This document shows, piece by piece, positions 20,565 through 30,024 of a stretch of 64,000 nt of DNA. A model generated the notes under the pieces. It ran no database searches. It saw nothing but the letters and a program-made list of their open reading frames with translations, and was not told where the DNA came from. This stretch comes from Candidatus Pacearchaeota archaeon (GTDB lineage Archaea > Nanobdellota > Nanobdellia > Pacearchaeales > GW2011-AR1), in NCBI GenBank assembly GCA_018303755.1, contig JAGVXO010000007.1:295-64294 (forward strand). The letters run 5' to 3'. Numbering within the stretch: the stretch's first letter is position 1; every line of letters starts with the position of its first letter. The position numbers and the translations under genes were made by a program.

Positions 20565-20852
20565 ATGGGTATGTTAAACATAAAAAAGCTCAGCGAGGTG
20601 CTGAACAAGAAGGTGTATACTGATTCCGGCAATTTCTTTGGAGAGATAGAAGAGGTTAATTTAGTGAATAATCGGGTGGACAGCTGGAGAATAAGAGTTG
20701 CAGGAAGTGTCAGCAGGACATTTAATGGCGCGAGAGGAGTAATAATCCCCCATAATTTTGTTCGTTCTGTTGGAGATGTTTTTGTAGTAAGCCAAATGGC
20801 TCTGCCTTCACAAAGCGAACTGCCTGAAATTTCAACAGAAGAGTTTAATTAG
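20565..20852 (+). CDS. PRC-barrel domain protein
   Basis: LNIKKLSEVLNKKVYTDSGNFFGEIEEV...VDSWRIRVAG resembles the PRC barrel; probable start ATG 20565 (track 20436). Confidence 0.4.
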   Translation: MGMLNIKKLSEVLNKKVYTDSGNFFGEIEEVNLVNNRVDSWRIRVAGSVSRTFNGARGVIIPHNFVRSVGDVFVVSQMALPSQSELPEISTEEFN

Positions 20853-20887
20853 GTTGAAATTTATATAATATAAACAAAAAGGGGAAA

Positions 20888-21409
20888 ATGGCTTTTGAAA
20901 CAATTCTAATGCACGCTTTTGCAGTTCAGATAATTTATCCTTTTTTGCTTATTTTTACATTGGTTTTTGCAATTCTTCAGAAATCAAAAATTTTAGGAGA
21001 TGAGAAGAAACAGATTGATGCGCTTGTAGCTTTTTCAATTGCATTAATCACTGTTGCTTTTTCATGGGCAACAAACATTATTACTTCCTTAATGCCTTTT
21101 CTTGCAGTTTCAGTTGTTATACTTTTAGTATTCATGATTCTTTATGGTTTTGTTGGAAGCACTTCTGAAAAAGAATTTTCTCTGCCTAAACGCGTTCAGG
21201 TTGGAATTGTGATTATTGCAGGAATTGCATTGATAATTGCTGTTCTTGTTGCAACAGGACAATGGGATAAAGTTCATAATGCCTTGTTTATTAATGGCAA
21301 TCCAACGAATTTATTTTCAAATGTTCTTCTTATTGCGATTATTGCGGGTGCTTTGATTATTGTGGTAATGCCGTTTAAAAGTTCTGGCGGAAAAAAGAAG
21401 GACGAATAA
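20888..21409 (+). CDS. 4-TM membrane protein, paralog family M (member 1)
   Basis: shares the YPFLLIFTLVFAILQKSKILG... pattern with 21810 and 22368. Confidence 0.45.
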   Translation: MAFETILMHAFAVQIIYPFLLIFTLVFAILQKSKILGDEKKQIDALVAFSIALITVAFSWATNIITSLMPFLAVSVVILLVFMILYGFVGSTSEKEFSLPKRVQVGIVIIAGIALIIAVLVATGQWDKVHNALFINGNPTNLFSNVLLIAIIAGALIIVVMPFKSSGGKKKDE

Positions 21410-21534
21410 TCTTCTTTTGCGATCATCCAATAATCTTGCCTTATTTTAAGTTTGTTCATGGGCGTTTTTTATTTTTAATATAAATGAATCTTATTCAAAT
21501 TTATAAAAGAAATAGATTGCCTTTGTATGAATGT

Positions 21535-21725
21535 ATGGCGGATTAGCAGATTTGAAGAAAAATAAATATGAGTGAGCAGAGCGAACCAAATTAAGGCGAG
21601 CCCGAATGGGCGAGCATATTACTTATTTTGCTAACACCCTCCATACTTTTTTCCACATTTTACCTCTTTTCATTAAATTTTTTTTATTTAATATTTCATT
21701 AAAAATATAACTTCTAATAAACAAG
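21535..21725 (+). repeat. composite intergenic repeat R1
   Basis: gagtgagcagagcgaaccaaattaaggcgagcccgaatgggcgagc followed by tattttgctaacaccc...ttttcattaaa...ttatttaatat block. Confidence 0.75.
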
Positions 21726-21809
21726 TGGATTAAGAATTTAAGAAATGCCTTTTAAATACCTTTTAGAAAGGTATTTAAATAATGCTGGTTTTTTATTGGG
21801 GTTATTAAA

Positions 21810-22352
21810 ATGGGGCAATCAATAGGAACAATTCTTCAGCAGTGGGAGCAATTAGGGATATTTTATTATGCACTTCCTTTTCTTTTAATATTTGCGCTTG
21901 TATTTGCTGTTTTGCAGAAAGTAAAATTAATGGGCGGAGATGACGATAGGGCAAGAGGAGTTAATGCAATAATTGCTCTTGCTGTTGCACTAATGGCTTT
22001 GCAGTATAATAAAGTGCCAATATTTTTTCAGGTGATATTTCCTAAATTAGGAATTGCAATTTCAATACTTCTTGTTGCAATTATCCTTGTCGGGCTTTTT
22101 GTTGATTTTTCAAAGCACGAAGGCGCGGCAGTTATATTCTTTGGAATCGGAGGAGTTTCATTTATAGTAATTTTGTTGAGCTCTTTTGAAGATTATTCTT
22201 GGTGGAGTGGAGGCTGGTGGTATAATAATATGTCTGCTATAATTGCGGGAATTATTTTATTAGTTTTTGTAATGGTGATAATAAATTCAGGAAAAGTAAG
22301 AGAGAAAGGGACTCCTAACTGGCTTTTTAAACCGATTTCCGGAGGACATTGA
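21810..22352 (+). CDS. 4-TM membrane protein, paralog family M (member 2)
   Basis: LPFLLIFALVFAVLQKVKLMG...; tandem paralog. Confidence 0.45.
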   Translation: MGQSIGTILQQWEQLGIFYYALPFLLIFALVFAVLQKVKLMGGDDDRARGVNAIIALAVALMALQYNKVPIFFQVIFPKLGIAISILLVAIILVGLFVDFSKHEGAAVIFFGIGGVSFIVILLSSFEDYSWWSGGWWYNNMSAIIAGIILLVFVMVIINSGKVREKGTPNWLFKPISGGH

Positions 22353-22367
22353 GGATTATAAACAGAG

Positions 22368-22892
22368 ATGGCAGCAGCAGTTGATATTTCGTGGCTTGCA
22401 TATTTTATGCCGATAGTCGGCTTCTTTTTTGTATTTATTGTAATGTATGCAATTTTGGCAAAGACAAAATTATTAGGAGAGTCAAATTTTGTTAATTTGT
22501 TTTTATCATTTATTTTTGCAACGATTTTCGTGACTTTTTCTCCAGGAGTTGATTATGTTACAACAATCACCCCCTGGTTTGTGATATTAATTATTTCCCT
22601 TTTATTTGTTATGATGATAATCGGCTTTTCACAGAAAGAAATTGACAAGATGATGAAGCCGGGATTTTCATGGTTTTTTATTGTGGTTCTTGGAATTATA
22701 TTTTTAATATCTGCAATTAATGTTTTTCATCCAATACTCGCGCCTTATCTTCCTGGAGCATCTGACAGCGGAGGAGAAGACACTCTTTTATCTCTGAAGC
22801 ATTTTGTTTATTCTTCCAGATTCTTGGGGGCTGCGCTTCTGCTTATAATCGGCGCCTTGGCTTCGTGGATTATAACGAAAGGGAAGAAATAG
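22368..22892 (+). CDS. 4-TM membrane protein, paralog family M (member 3)
   Basis: GFFFVFIVMYAILAKTKLLG...; tandem paralog. Confidence 0.45.
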   Translation: MAAAVDISWLAYFMPIVGFFFVFIVMYAILAKTKLLGESNFVNLFLSFIFATIFVTFSPGVDYVTTITPWFVILIISLLFVMMIIGFSQKEIDKMMKPGFSWFFIVVLGIIFLISAINVFHPILAPYLPGASDSGGEDTLLSLKHFVYSSRFLGAALLLIIGALASWIITKGKK

Positions 22893-22978
22893 TTTTTGCT
22901 TAAGTCCATTTACCTTTGAAGAAAATCCGCTGAAATAAGAATAGAAACCCTTTTAAACCCATTATCTTTTAAAAGATA

Positions 22979-23632
22979 ATGGGAATAATAAACGAGATAA
23001 CCTTGAGCATAATAAAAAATGCTGAAGATGGAGAGAGCATTCACAGCTTGGCCTCTAAATTGGGATTTGCTTATTCAGCAGTGTACAGATGGATTTTGGA
23101 ATTAGAAAAATACGGAGTAATTGGTTTAATAAGAAATGGAAATAGGGATGTTATTAAGATTAATGAGAATTTAATATATAAAAAGTTTAAAGAGTTGGAT
23201 GGGGCTGTTTCTGTTATTGAAAAAGACAATAATTTTTGGGAGTTGGTTAAAACTTTAAAATTGAAAATAAGGTTTGTAAAGGGAACAGCCGCAGTTATCT
23301 GGACTCAGGGAAGTTTTATAACAGGAGACTTTTATGATAGAATTTATTTCTTGGAAGTTGAAAAGAAAGATGCTGATAGTTTAAAGAATGCTTTAAGGGA
23401 AAATGGAATTGCATATACTAGAGGAGAGATTAACAACAAAAGGCCTTTGATTTGGATTATCCAAAAACAAAGTTTTAAGACAGAAAGAAGAGAAGGCTTG
23501 CCTGTTATGCCTTTAAGAGAATTAGTAAAATGGGGAAAAGAATTGCATTTGGAAAATATTTTGGAACATTTGGATATTTTATATAATTTGAAATTAAATG
23601 TCAGATATTCGGAGGTTTTAACAAATGTTTAA
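22979..23632 (+). CDS. winged-HTH-like protein, upstream partner of a nucleotidyltransferase
   Basis: N-terminal ASKLGFAYSAVYRWILELEKYGVIGL HTH-like segment; overlaps the start of 23625. Confidence 0.35.
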   Translation: MGIINEITLSIIKNAEDGESIHSLASKLGFAYSAVYRWILELEKYGVIGLIRNGNRDVIKINENLIYKKFKELDGAVSVIEKDNNFWELVKTLKLKIRFVKGTAAVIWTQGSFITGDFYDRIYFLEVEKKDADSLKNALRENGIAYTRGEINNKRPLIWIIQKQSFKTERREGLPVMPLRELVKWGKELHLENILEHLDILYNLKLNVRYSEVLTNV

Positions 23633-24326
23633 AATGGATTCAAGAGCAGGTTTGCTTGAAAGAGAACAGGAGATTATAAAATTGCTTAATTTATTTTTGG
23701 ATAAAGAATTAGAGTTTATTGTTGTCGGAGGATATGCGGTTTCAACGTATAAAAAAAGATTCTCAATAGATTTGGATATCGTAATTCGCGAGGATAATTT
23801 TCTTCAATTTGAAAAAATATTAGAAAAAGAGGGTTTTGCTTTGCATTATGAAAAGAAAATTGCCCTGCTTTATGGAGAGAATTTTAAAAGATTTACAAAA
23901 AAGATGAAAAATTTGCCTGTTGATATTGATTTGTTAGTTAATGGGCTAGTTTCGCGAACAACAGATGCAAGTTGGGGATTTGATCATATCAGAAGAAATT
24001 CTATAAAAAGAAAGTTAAATGAATCCGAATTTTTAACTCCAGAAAAAGAGCTGCTTATTGCAATGAAATTTCATAGCGGAAGATTATCCGACATTCGGGA
24101 TATTGTTGCATTGATGCCCTGCAACAAAGAAAAACTTAAAGCTCATTTGTTAAAAGGGGATCTCAGCAAACTTAAACAATCTATGAAAAATCAAACATCT
24201 CTTCTAAATAACTCTCAATTTGATGATAGCTTTAAAGGGATATTTGGGCCATTTTCATATAATAATGAAGTTGTACAAGCAACTAAGGAGCTAATTGAAG
24301 GTATTTTAAAAGAAATGGATAAATAG
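23625..24326 (+). CDS. minimal nucleotidyltransferase (Pol-beta superfamily), paralog N1
   Basis: FIVVGGYAVS...SIDLDIVI = G[GS]x9-13 D x D NTase motif. Confidence 0.55.
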   Translation: MFKMDSRAGLLEREQEIIKLLNLFLDKELEFIVVGGYAVSTYKKRFSIDLDIVIREDNFLQFEKILEKEGFALHYEKKIALLYGENFKRFTKKMKNLPVDIDLLVNGLVSRTTDASWGFDHIRRNSIKRKLNESEFLTPEKELLIAMKFHSGRLSDIRDIVALMPCNKEKLKAHLLKGDLSKLKQSMKNQTSLLNNSQFDDSFKGIFGPFSYNNEVVQATKELIEGILKEMDK

Positions 24327-24342
24327 AAGTATTTTGTTAATC

Positions 24343-25200
24343 TTATTTTCTTCTCGTGCTTTTTGTTTGCACTTCTCTCGCACCATCTATCAATGGATTA
24401 ATAACTTTTCTAAATCCATCCTGCATCTGCCTCATTTCTGTTTTTATGTCCCCTATGTTCTGTTCTTGCTCAGATGCTTTTCTTATTAGTGATGCCTGCA
24501 AAGAATCTATTATTGATTCTATTTTTTCAAGGCGCGAATTTAGTTTTTCAAGTTGCGCAGATGCCATAATTTTAAATTCTGAAACATCTTTTACGGATTT
24601 TGACATCTTGGATGTTTTTTCTTCAATCAGCTGATTTGCAACTTCACTTATTGTTTCTGTGCTTGCTTGAGAATATCCTGCTCCGTACTCTGTTCCATAT
24701 TGCCCATTATTTTGTTCATATTGACCATACTCTGCTGTTTGAGGAATTGTCTGCGGGGCATATTGTTCTGGTTGTTGATTCCAGTATTGCGGCTCTTGCT
24801 GCTGAGGCATTTGTTGAGGAGGATATGCTTGTTGCTGTGGTTGAGCAGTATATTGTTCGTATTGTTCTTGCTGAGGAGGATATTGCTCTTGAGGTATTGT
24901 TTGTTGGCCATATTGCTCTTGTTGTCCTTGTTGCTCAAATTCTGTTTGCTGAAAATTTGATTGTTGTTTTGGAGTCATTATTGATGTTTCCATACCTTCA
25001 GTAATCATTGAATCTTCTTCATATTCCTTACTATTATCTCCTACTGCCTGTTTTATGCTTGACTGCGCCATTGCTTCATTTATATCTCTCGGAGATATTC
25101 CTTTTTCTTGAAGTGAGCGTATTACATCACTGTTTGAGTATCCCTGCTGTTTCATTATTTTTATTATATCTAGTGTTGCCATTATACTTTTCCTGCCCAA
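24343..25200 (-). CDS. Q/P/Y-rich low-complexity protein with C-terminal coiled coil
   Basis: central about 120 aa of QQEQY/PQQ repeats; helical heptads at the C-terminus. Confidence 0.4.
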   Translation of the reverse strand: MGRKSIMATLDIIKIMKQQGYSNSDVIRSLQEKGISPRDINEAMAQSSIKQAVGDNSKEYEEDSMITEGMETSIMTPKQQSNFQQTEFEQQGQQEQYGQQTIPQEQYPPQQEQYEQYTAQPQQQAYPPQQMPQQQEPQYWNQQPEQYAPQTIPQTAEYGQYEQNNGQYGTEYGAGYSQASTETISEVANQLIEEKTSKMSKSVKDVSEFKIMASAQLEKLNSRLEKIESIIDSLQASLIRKASEQEQNIGDIKTEMRQMQDGFRKVINPLIDGAREVQTKSTRRK

Positions 25201-25613
25201 AAAGCGTGTTTTGAATCTGAATTTTCTAATTCTTCTTTTTGTGAATGTTTTTTTCCTTTTCCTAATTTTTCGTCAATAATTTCTTCAACATCTTCTATTC
25301 TTGCATAATTTAACGGCTCAAACATTTTATACTGGCGCGAGAGTATTGCTAACTCTTCTTTTCTTGCACTTTTTGAAACTTCTTCTGAAAGCGACTCAAT
25401 TATACTTTTTATTCTTTTTACATCTGTTTTCATTTCCTGGACTTCTTTTTTTATTTCTGTTATCTCTGCACTGCTTTTTTCTTCAAATTCTATGAGATTT
25501 TTTCCAATTAGAAGAACTCGGTCTTTCATCAGTTTCTGCCCCTGCTCTAAATCACGAAGCTTTATTGCAACTTCATAGGAAATTTGCTGCTGAGTTTGAA
25601 ATTCCTGCACCAT
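25182..25613 (-). CDS. coiled-coil protein
   Basis: charged heptad repeats throughout. Confidence 0.35.
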   Translation of the reverse strand: MVQEFQTQQQISYEVAIKLRDLEQGQKLMKDRVLLIGKNLIEFEEKSSAEITEIKKEVQEMKTDVKRIKSIIESLSEEVSKSARKEELAILSRQYKMFEPLNYARIEDVEEIIDEKLGKGKKHSQKEELENSDSKHAFWAGKV

Positions 25614-25649
25614 CTTTATTTTATTATTAAATAACGAAGGGAGGGTTTA

Positions 25650-25790
25650 AATTTGTTTGCACGTGCAGATAAATTGAGCGTTTTAAGGGATGTTTTGCTC
25701 GCTTCGCTCGCCTTTTTATTTTTCAAATTTGTTAATCTATTGATACATTGGTTTTCAGGAATTTAATTTGTATTAATAATAAAATAATAA
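25650..25790 (-). repeat. composite intergenic repeat R1 (minus orientation)
   Basis: reverse complement contains aaaaccaatgtatcaa...ggcgagcgaagcgagcaaaacatccc. Confidence 0.6.
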
Positions 25791-25796
25791 ATTTTT

Positions 25797-25925
25797 AATA
25801 CTCGTGAAAAATCTCCAATCTTTAGATTGGAGTTAAAGTGTATAGATTTTTCCCGGTTCTCCCAAAACCCAAACACAAACTTCACACTTTAGTGTAGAGT
25901 ATCCTCAAATGGTTTTGTGATTAAA
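25797..25925 (+). repeat. repeat D (125-bp double-hairpin element), copy 1
   Basis: about 95% identical to 45017-45140; hairpins ctccaatctttagattggag and cttcacactttagtgtagag. Confidence 0.8.
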
Positions 25926-26023
25926 CAGATATTAAATAAGAGAAAGTTATTAGATGTTAGAGAATAAGCTACTTTAATCATATTTAGCATCACAGAAAAC
26001 TATTTTAATCGTCTTTTGGTTTT

Positions 26024-28285
26024 ATGGTTATGTTATTTAAAAAAGGGGCTGTGCTTTATTCATATGAAGTTCAGAGAGAGTCAGGAGAGAATGTTATTTA
26101 TGTAAACTATCTTGGAGCGCCTGATATTCCAAGCATCGCAAAATCTCCTGAAGTTATGACAAGAGCAATTGATTTATTTATTGAATCTCCTAATGCTTCG
26201 AGATTAGTATTAGTCCAGCAGAGAAATTACAGCTATAATTCAGAGCAGGTTGAAATGCTTGTTGAAATTGCACAATTATATACTTTTCTTTTAAAGCAGG
26301 AAAGAGTGCTTTCTCCAGAAATGTTGTCAAGTAATCCAAGGGAGTTATCATCAAGATATGCTTTTATGAATTATTTTATGACTATTTTAAGACAGAACCC
26401 ATTTTTAGCATACAGAAAGATTAAAAATGCCTTAATTGAAGAAAAATCAAAGAGTGGGCACGATATTCTTTACATTGGGCTTCTTGAAAAAATTGTTTCA
26501 TTACTCTTAAAAACAAAACTTATTTTAAAAATAGAAAAATATGCAGAGGATTATGCTTTTGAAAGCAGGGAAATATACGAAAAACTTTTTTCTCCAAATA
26601 TAATCCCTAATTATGCTTTTGCAAGGCTTGCTTCTGAGCTTCCGGAAAATGCGAAAATAATATCGCAATATGCTATTGGAAGTGGAGATGATAAAAGCAC
26701 AGTAACTATCTTAAAAAAAGAAAATGAATTAAAATATATTTATCATTTAATGCCTCCTGAATATTTTCTTAATGAGGATTTTCAGATGCTTCTTAATCTT
26801 GCGAGAAATGTTCTTATAGAGCACCAGCCAAAGGCAGAAGAGTTTACAGATACTGAAAGAACAAGGCAGGTTTTTTTTAATGTTGCGCGCGATTTATTGA
26901 GGGAGCTTGCAGAAGAAAAACATATAACTTTTTCTTATGAAGAGCTTGGCAAACTCGCGATGATTCTTGTAAGACATACAATTGGCTTTGGCTTGTTAGA
27001 GGTTCTTTTGCAGGACAGTAATTTGCAGGATATTGTTCTTAATGCTCCGATAAGCATGAATACAATTTTTGTAAGGCATGGAAAATATGATGAGTGTTCT
27101 ACGAATATTATTCTTAGCCAGGAAGATGGAGAATCGTGGGCCGCGAAATTCAGAATGATTTCAGGAAGGCCGCTTGATGAGGCAAATCCTGTTCTCGATA
27201 CTGATTTATTGATTGAAGGCGCGAGAGCAAGAGTTTCAATTGTGCAGAGGCCTTTATCTCCTCACGGACTTGCATATGCTGTAAGAAGACACAGAGATTA
27301 TCCTTGGACACTTCCTTTGTTTATTGAAAATAAAATGCTTAATCCATTTACTGCTGGATTATTAAGTTTTCTTATTGATGGGAGCAGGACACTTCTTGTG
27401 GCAGGAACAAGAAGCTCTGGAAAAACTTCGCTTCTTGGAGCTTTAATGCTTGAAATAAAACCAAAATATAGAATTATCCTTATAGAAGATACTCTTGAAA
27501 TTCCTGCAGATTATTTGAGAAAAATGGGTTATGATATTTTAAGTATGAAGGTGCGTTCTTCGCTGACTGAAACAAGCAACGAAGTTACAGCAGAAGAGGG
27601 AATAAGAACAAGTTTGAGATTAGGAGACAGCTCTTTAATTGTCGGCGAGATAAGAAGCAATGAAGCAAAAGCATTATATGAGGCAATGAGAGTAGGAGCA
27701 CTTGCAAATGTTGTTGCAGGAACGGTTCATGGAAACTCTCCTTATGGTGTTTTTGACAGAATTGTAAATGATTTGCAAGTTCCGATTACAAGTTTTAAAG
27801 CAACTGATTTAGTTCTTGTTGCAAATCCTGTTAAAAGTCCTGATGGATTACATTCTGCGAGGAGAGTTGTTCAATTAACAGAGGTAAGAAAGCACTGGAC
27901 AAAAGATCCTCTTGAAGAAAAAGGATTTGTTGATTTGGTTAATTATAATGTTGAGAAAGATGAATTAGAGCCGAGTGATGAATTGATTAACGGGAATTCT
28001 GAAGTTATAAAAGCAATTGCTTCAGGAGTTAAGGGATGGGCAGGAAACTGGGATGCTGTTTATGATAATATTATTTTAAGAGGGATGGTTAAACAGGAGC
28101 AGGTTGAATTAGCACATAGGTTGAACAGGCCAGAACTACTTGAGGCAAATTTTTCCCTTCTTGCAAATACTTTATTTCATAACATTTCTGAAGAAGTTAC
28201 AAAAGAGTTAGGATTTCCTGATTCCAAGATTGTTTTTCCTAAATGGAAAAAGGACGTTGAGAAACTTGCGCAGGATTTTTCTTAA
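26024..28285 (+). CDS. type IV pilus/archaellum-type secretion ATPase (GspE/FlaI/PilB family)
   Basis: Walker A VAGTRSSGKTS, Walker B IILIEDTLEI, downstream Asp/His boxes; large N-terminal domain. Confidence 0.75.
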   Translation: MVMLFKKGAVLYSYEVQRESGENVIYVNYLGAPDIPSIAKSPEVMTRAIDLFIESPNASRLVLVQQRNYSYNSEQVEMLVEIAQLYTFLLKQERVLSPEMLSSNPRELSSRYAFMNYFMTILRQNPFLAYRKIKNALIEEKSKSGHDILYIGLLEKIVSLLLKTKLILKIEKYAEDYAFESREIYEKLFSPNIIPNYAFARLASELPENAKIISQYAIGSGDDKSTVTILKKENELKYIYHLMPPEYFLNEDFQMLLNLARNVLIEHQPKAEEFTDTERTRQVFFNVARDLLRELAEEKHITFSYEELGKLAMILVRHTIGFGLLEVLLQDSNLQDIVLNAPISMNTIFVRHGKYDECSTNIILSQEDGESWAAKFRMISGRPLDEANPVLDTDLLIEGARARVSIVQRPLSPHGLAYAVRRHRDYPWTLPLFIENKMLNPFTAGLLSFLIDGSRTLLVAGTRSSGKTSLLGALMLEIKPKYRIILIEDTLEIPADYLRKMGYDILSMKVRSSLTETSNEVTAEEGIRTSLRLGDSSLIVGEIRSNEAKALYEAMRVGALANVVAGTVHGNSPYGVFDRIVNDLQVPITSFKATDLVLVANPVKSPDGLHSARRVVQLTEVRKHWTKDPLEEKGFVDLVNYNVEKDELEPSDELINGNSEVIKAIASGVKGWAGNWDAVYDNIILRGMVKQEQVELAHRLNRPELLEANFSLLANTLFHNISEEVTKELGFPDSKIVFPKWKKDVEKLAQDFS

Positions 28286-28292
28286 ATCTTAT

Positions 28293-28470
28293 TTTTAAAC
28301 ATCCCATAATTTTGCCTTATTTTTACATCTTTTCATTGAAGTCTTCTTTTTTATTTAATATCCCATTAAAAATCATAAAGTCTAATGAACAAATAGACGA
28401 CAGATTTGCAGAATAAAACAAGCGCGAAGCGCACTAATGTCGTTATTAATGTGAGCGAGCGAAAGATTTA
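28293..28470 (+). repeat. composite intergenic repeat R1
   Basis: aaacatcccataattttgccttatttttacatcttttcat...gacagatttgcagaataaaacaagcgcgaagcgcac...gtgagcgagcgaaag. Confidence 0.75.
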
Positions 28471-28489
28471 AATATCCATATACTTCTAT

Positions 28490-29095
28490 ATGATAAGGTG
28501 TATAAATATGTATGAAAATAAATATAAAAATGAGCCTCTTACGAGATTAGAAGATTTAGATATTCTTTTAAATCTTTTGGCAGATTTAAATGAGCCGTTG
28601 GAATTGTTTGCAATAGGAGGAACTGCAATGGTTTTAAAAAGAATTAAAGAATCTACAAAGGATATAGATTTTTTGACTGCTGAAAAATATGAGAAAATTA
28701 AAAAGCTATTTACTTTAGCAGGTTTAAAAGAAGAAAGTTCTAATAAACTTTGTAACATTTGGAAATTAGGCAATATTCGGATAGATATTTTTTATGATGG
28801 TTTTATTATGGGCATAAGATTTCCTGATGATTGGAGAAAGTTATCTGAAAAAGTAAAAGAAATTGGAAAAATTAAGCTATATATTCTTAATTGGTATGAT
28901 TTGATTATCACGAAAATTTCAAGGGCTGAGAAAAGAGATATTGAAGATATAATTGCAATAATAAAAAGCCAAAAGTTAGATTTTGGTTTTTTGAAAAAGA
29001 GATATTATTCTTTTGCCGAAACTGCACTTATTTCAGATTTTGATTATAAATTTAAACATTTGGAAAGGGAATATGCCAAGCGCAAAATTGATTAA
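28490..29095 (+). CDS. nucleotidyltransferase, paralog N2
   Basis: LFAIGGTAMVLK...DIDFLT NTase motif; same architecture as 23625 and 43554. Confidence 0.5.
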   Translation: MIRCINMYENKYKNEPLTRLEDLDILLNLLADLNEPLELFAIGGTAMVLKRIKESTKDIDFLTAEKYEKIKKLFTLAGLKEESSNKLCNIWKLGNIRIDIFYDGFIMGIRFPDDWRKLSEKVKEIGKIKLYILNWYDLIITKISRAEKRDIEDIIAIIKSQKLDFGFLKKRYYSFAETALISDFDYKFKHLEREYAKRKID

Positions 29096-29693
29096 GGCAC
29101 TTGAAAAAGAAGGCTTTTTTTTGGAGTTTCCAGAATATTATTCAAATGAAGAAATTGTTTTTGAGATATTAAAGGAGGACAATCCGAGAATAACTCTCTG
29201 CCTGCCGCTTTTTTTAAGAAAAGGAATAGATTACAAAACGATTTCCTCGAAATTAAATCCCAAAAAGAAAAAAGAATTAAATAGGGCAATTGCTATCAGT
29301 GATAAAATCTACAAAAAAGAAAAAATTGAGAATACTCTTTCAGGCATTATAAAACAAAATAGAATAAAAGTAAACTTCTCAGAACAGGAATTCAAAGAGT
29401 TTTATGATTCTTTTAAAGAGAGTCGAGCAAGATTAAAAGAAAATGAACAAAAAATTATTGAAAAGCAGTCTAAACTGCGGCTTAATCTTGATTTAAACAA
29501 ATGCATGTCTGTTTTATTTTCTCCAGCAAAGATAAAAATAATGGAGAAAATATTCAATCATAAACTGCTTACGAATACAGAATTAAAGTATTATTATAAA
29601 TCCATTTCAAATATAAACAAGGCAGTTTTAAATCCAAATTTGCAGGATTATTTAAGGATAATTGAGATTACGAAGAAGATTGCGGAGAAATGA
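29013..29693 (+). CDS. hypothetical protein, downstream partner of NTase N2
   Basis: overlaps the NTase gene 3' end; Lys-rich helical protein. Confidence 0.3.
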   Translation: MPKLHLFQILIINLNIWKGNMPSAKLIKALEKEGFFLEFPEYYSNEEIVFEILKEDNPRITLCLPLFLRKGIDYKTISSKLNPKKKKELNRAIAISDKIYKKEKIENTLSGIIKQNRIKVNFSEQEFKEFYDSFKESRARLKENEQKIIEKQSKLRLNLDLNKCMSVLFSPAKIKIMEKIFNHKLLTNTELKYYYKSISNINKAVLNPNLQDYLRIIEITKKIAEK

Positions 29694-29699
29694 GCGAGC

Positions 29700-29960
29700 T
29701 AAATTAATTATTCTAACATCCTATAATTTTGCCTTATTTTAAGTTTGTTCATTGGTGCTTTTTATTTATTGATTTAAAACATAATGTAAATTCCAATCTG
29801 CTCACGGGTTTAGGATTTACAAAATAAATAAGTGAGCGAAGCGAACCAAAATTGTGGGGCGAGCCCGCAGGGCGAGCCGATAATTCCATTATTCAAATAA
29901 AAAATCACAACCGAAATATTTATAACTCCCCCCCCCTTGGATTGTTAATCTTTCAATAAG
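29700..29960 (+). repeat. composite intergenic repeat R1 with promoter-like leader (9-C tract)
   Basis: taagtgagcgaagcgaaccaaaattgtggggcgagcccgcagggcgagccgataattccattattcaaataaaaaatcacaaccgaaatatttataactccccccccc. Confidence 0.8.
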
Positions 29961-30024
29961 TTTTTAACACGAAAAAGAAAGATTGAACTAAAATAAAAAA
30001 TAGTGATTGAAAGGAGGTGATAAA

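Noticed and set aside
24600-25004. Antisense ORFs inside larger genes, e.g. 24356..24634, 24600..25004, 24648..24938, 24667..24960, 25301..25495, 16960..17199, 17587..17802, 36020..36337, 31614..31814, 32527..32805, 34625..34948 and 35308..35625
   Set aside because: They are fully embedded in the opposite strand of well-supported genes, have low-complexity composition and no motifs, and are most likely spurious.
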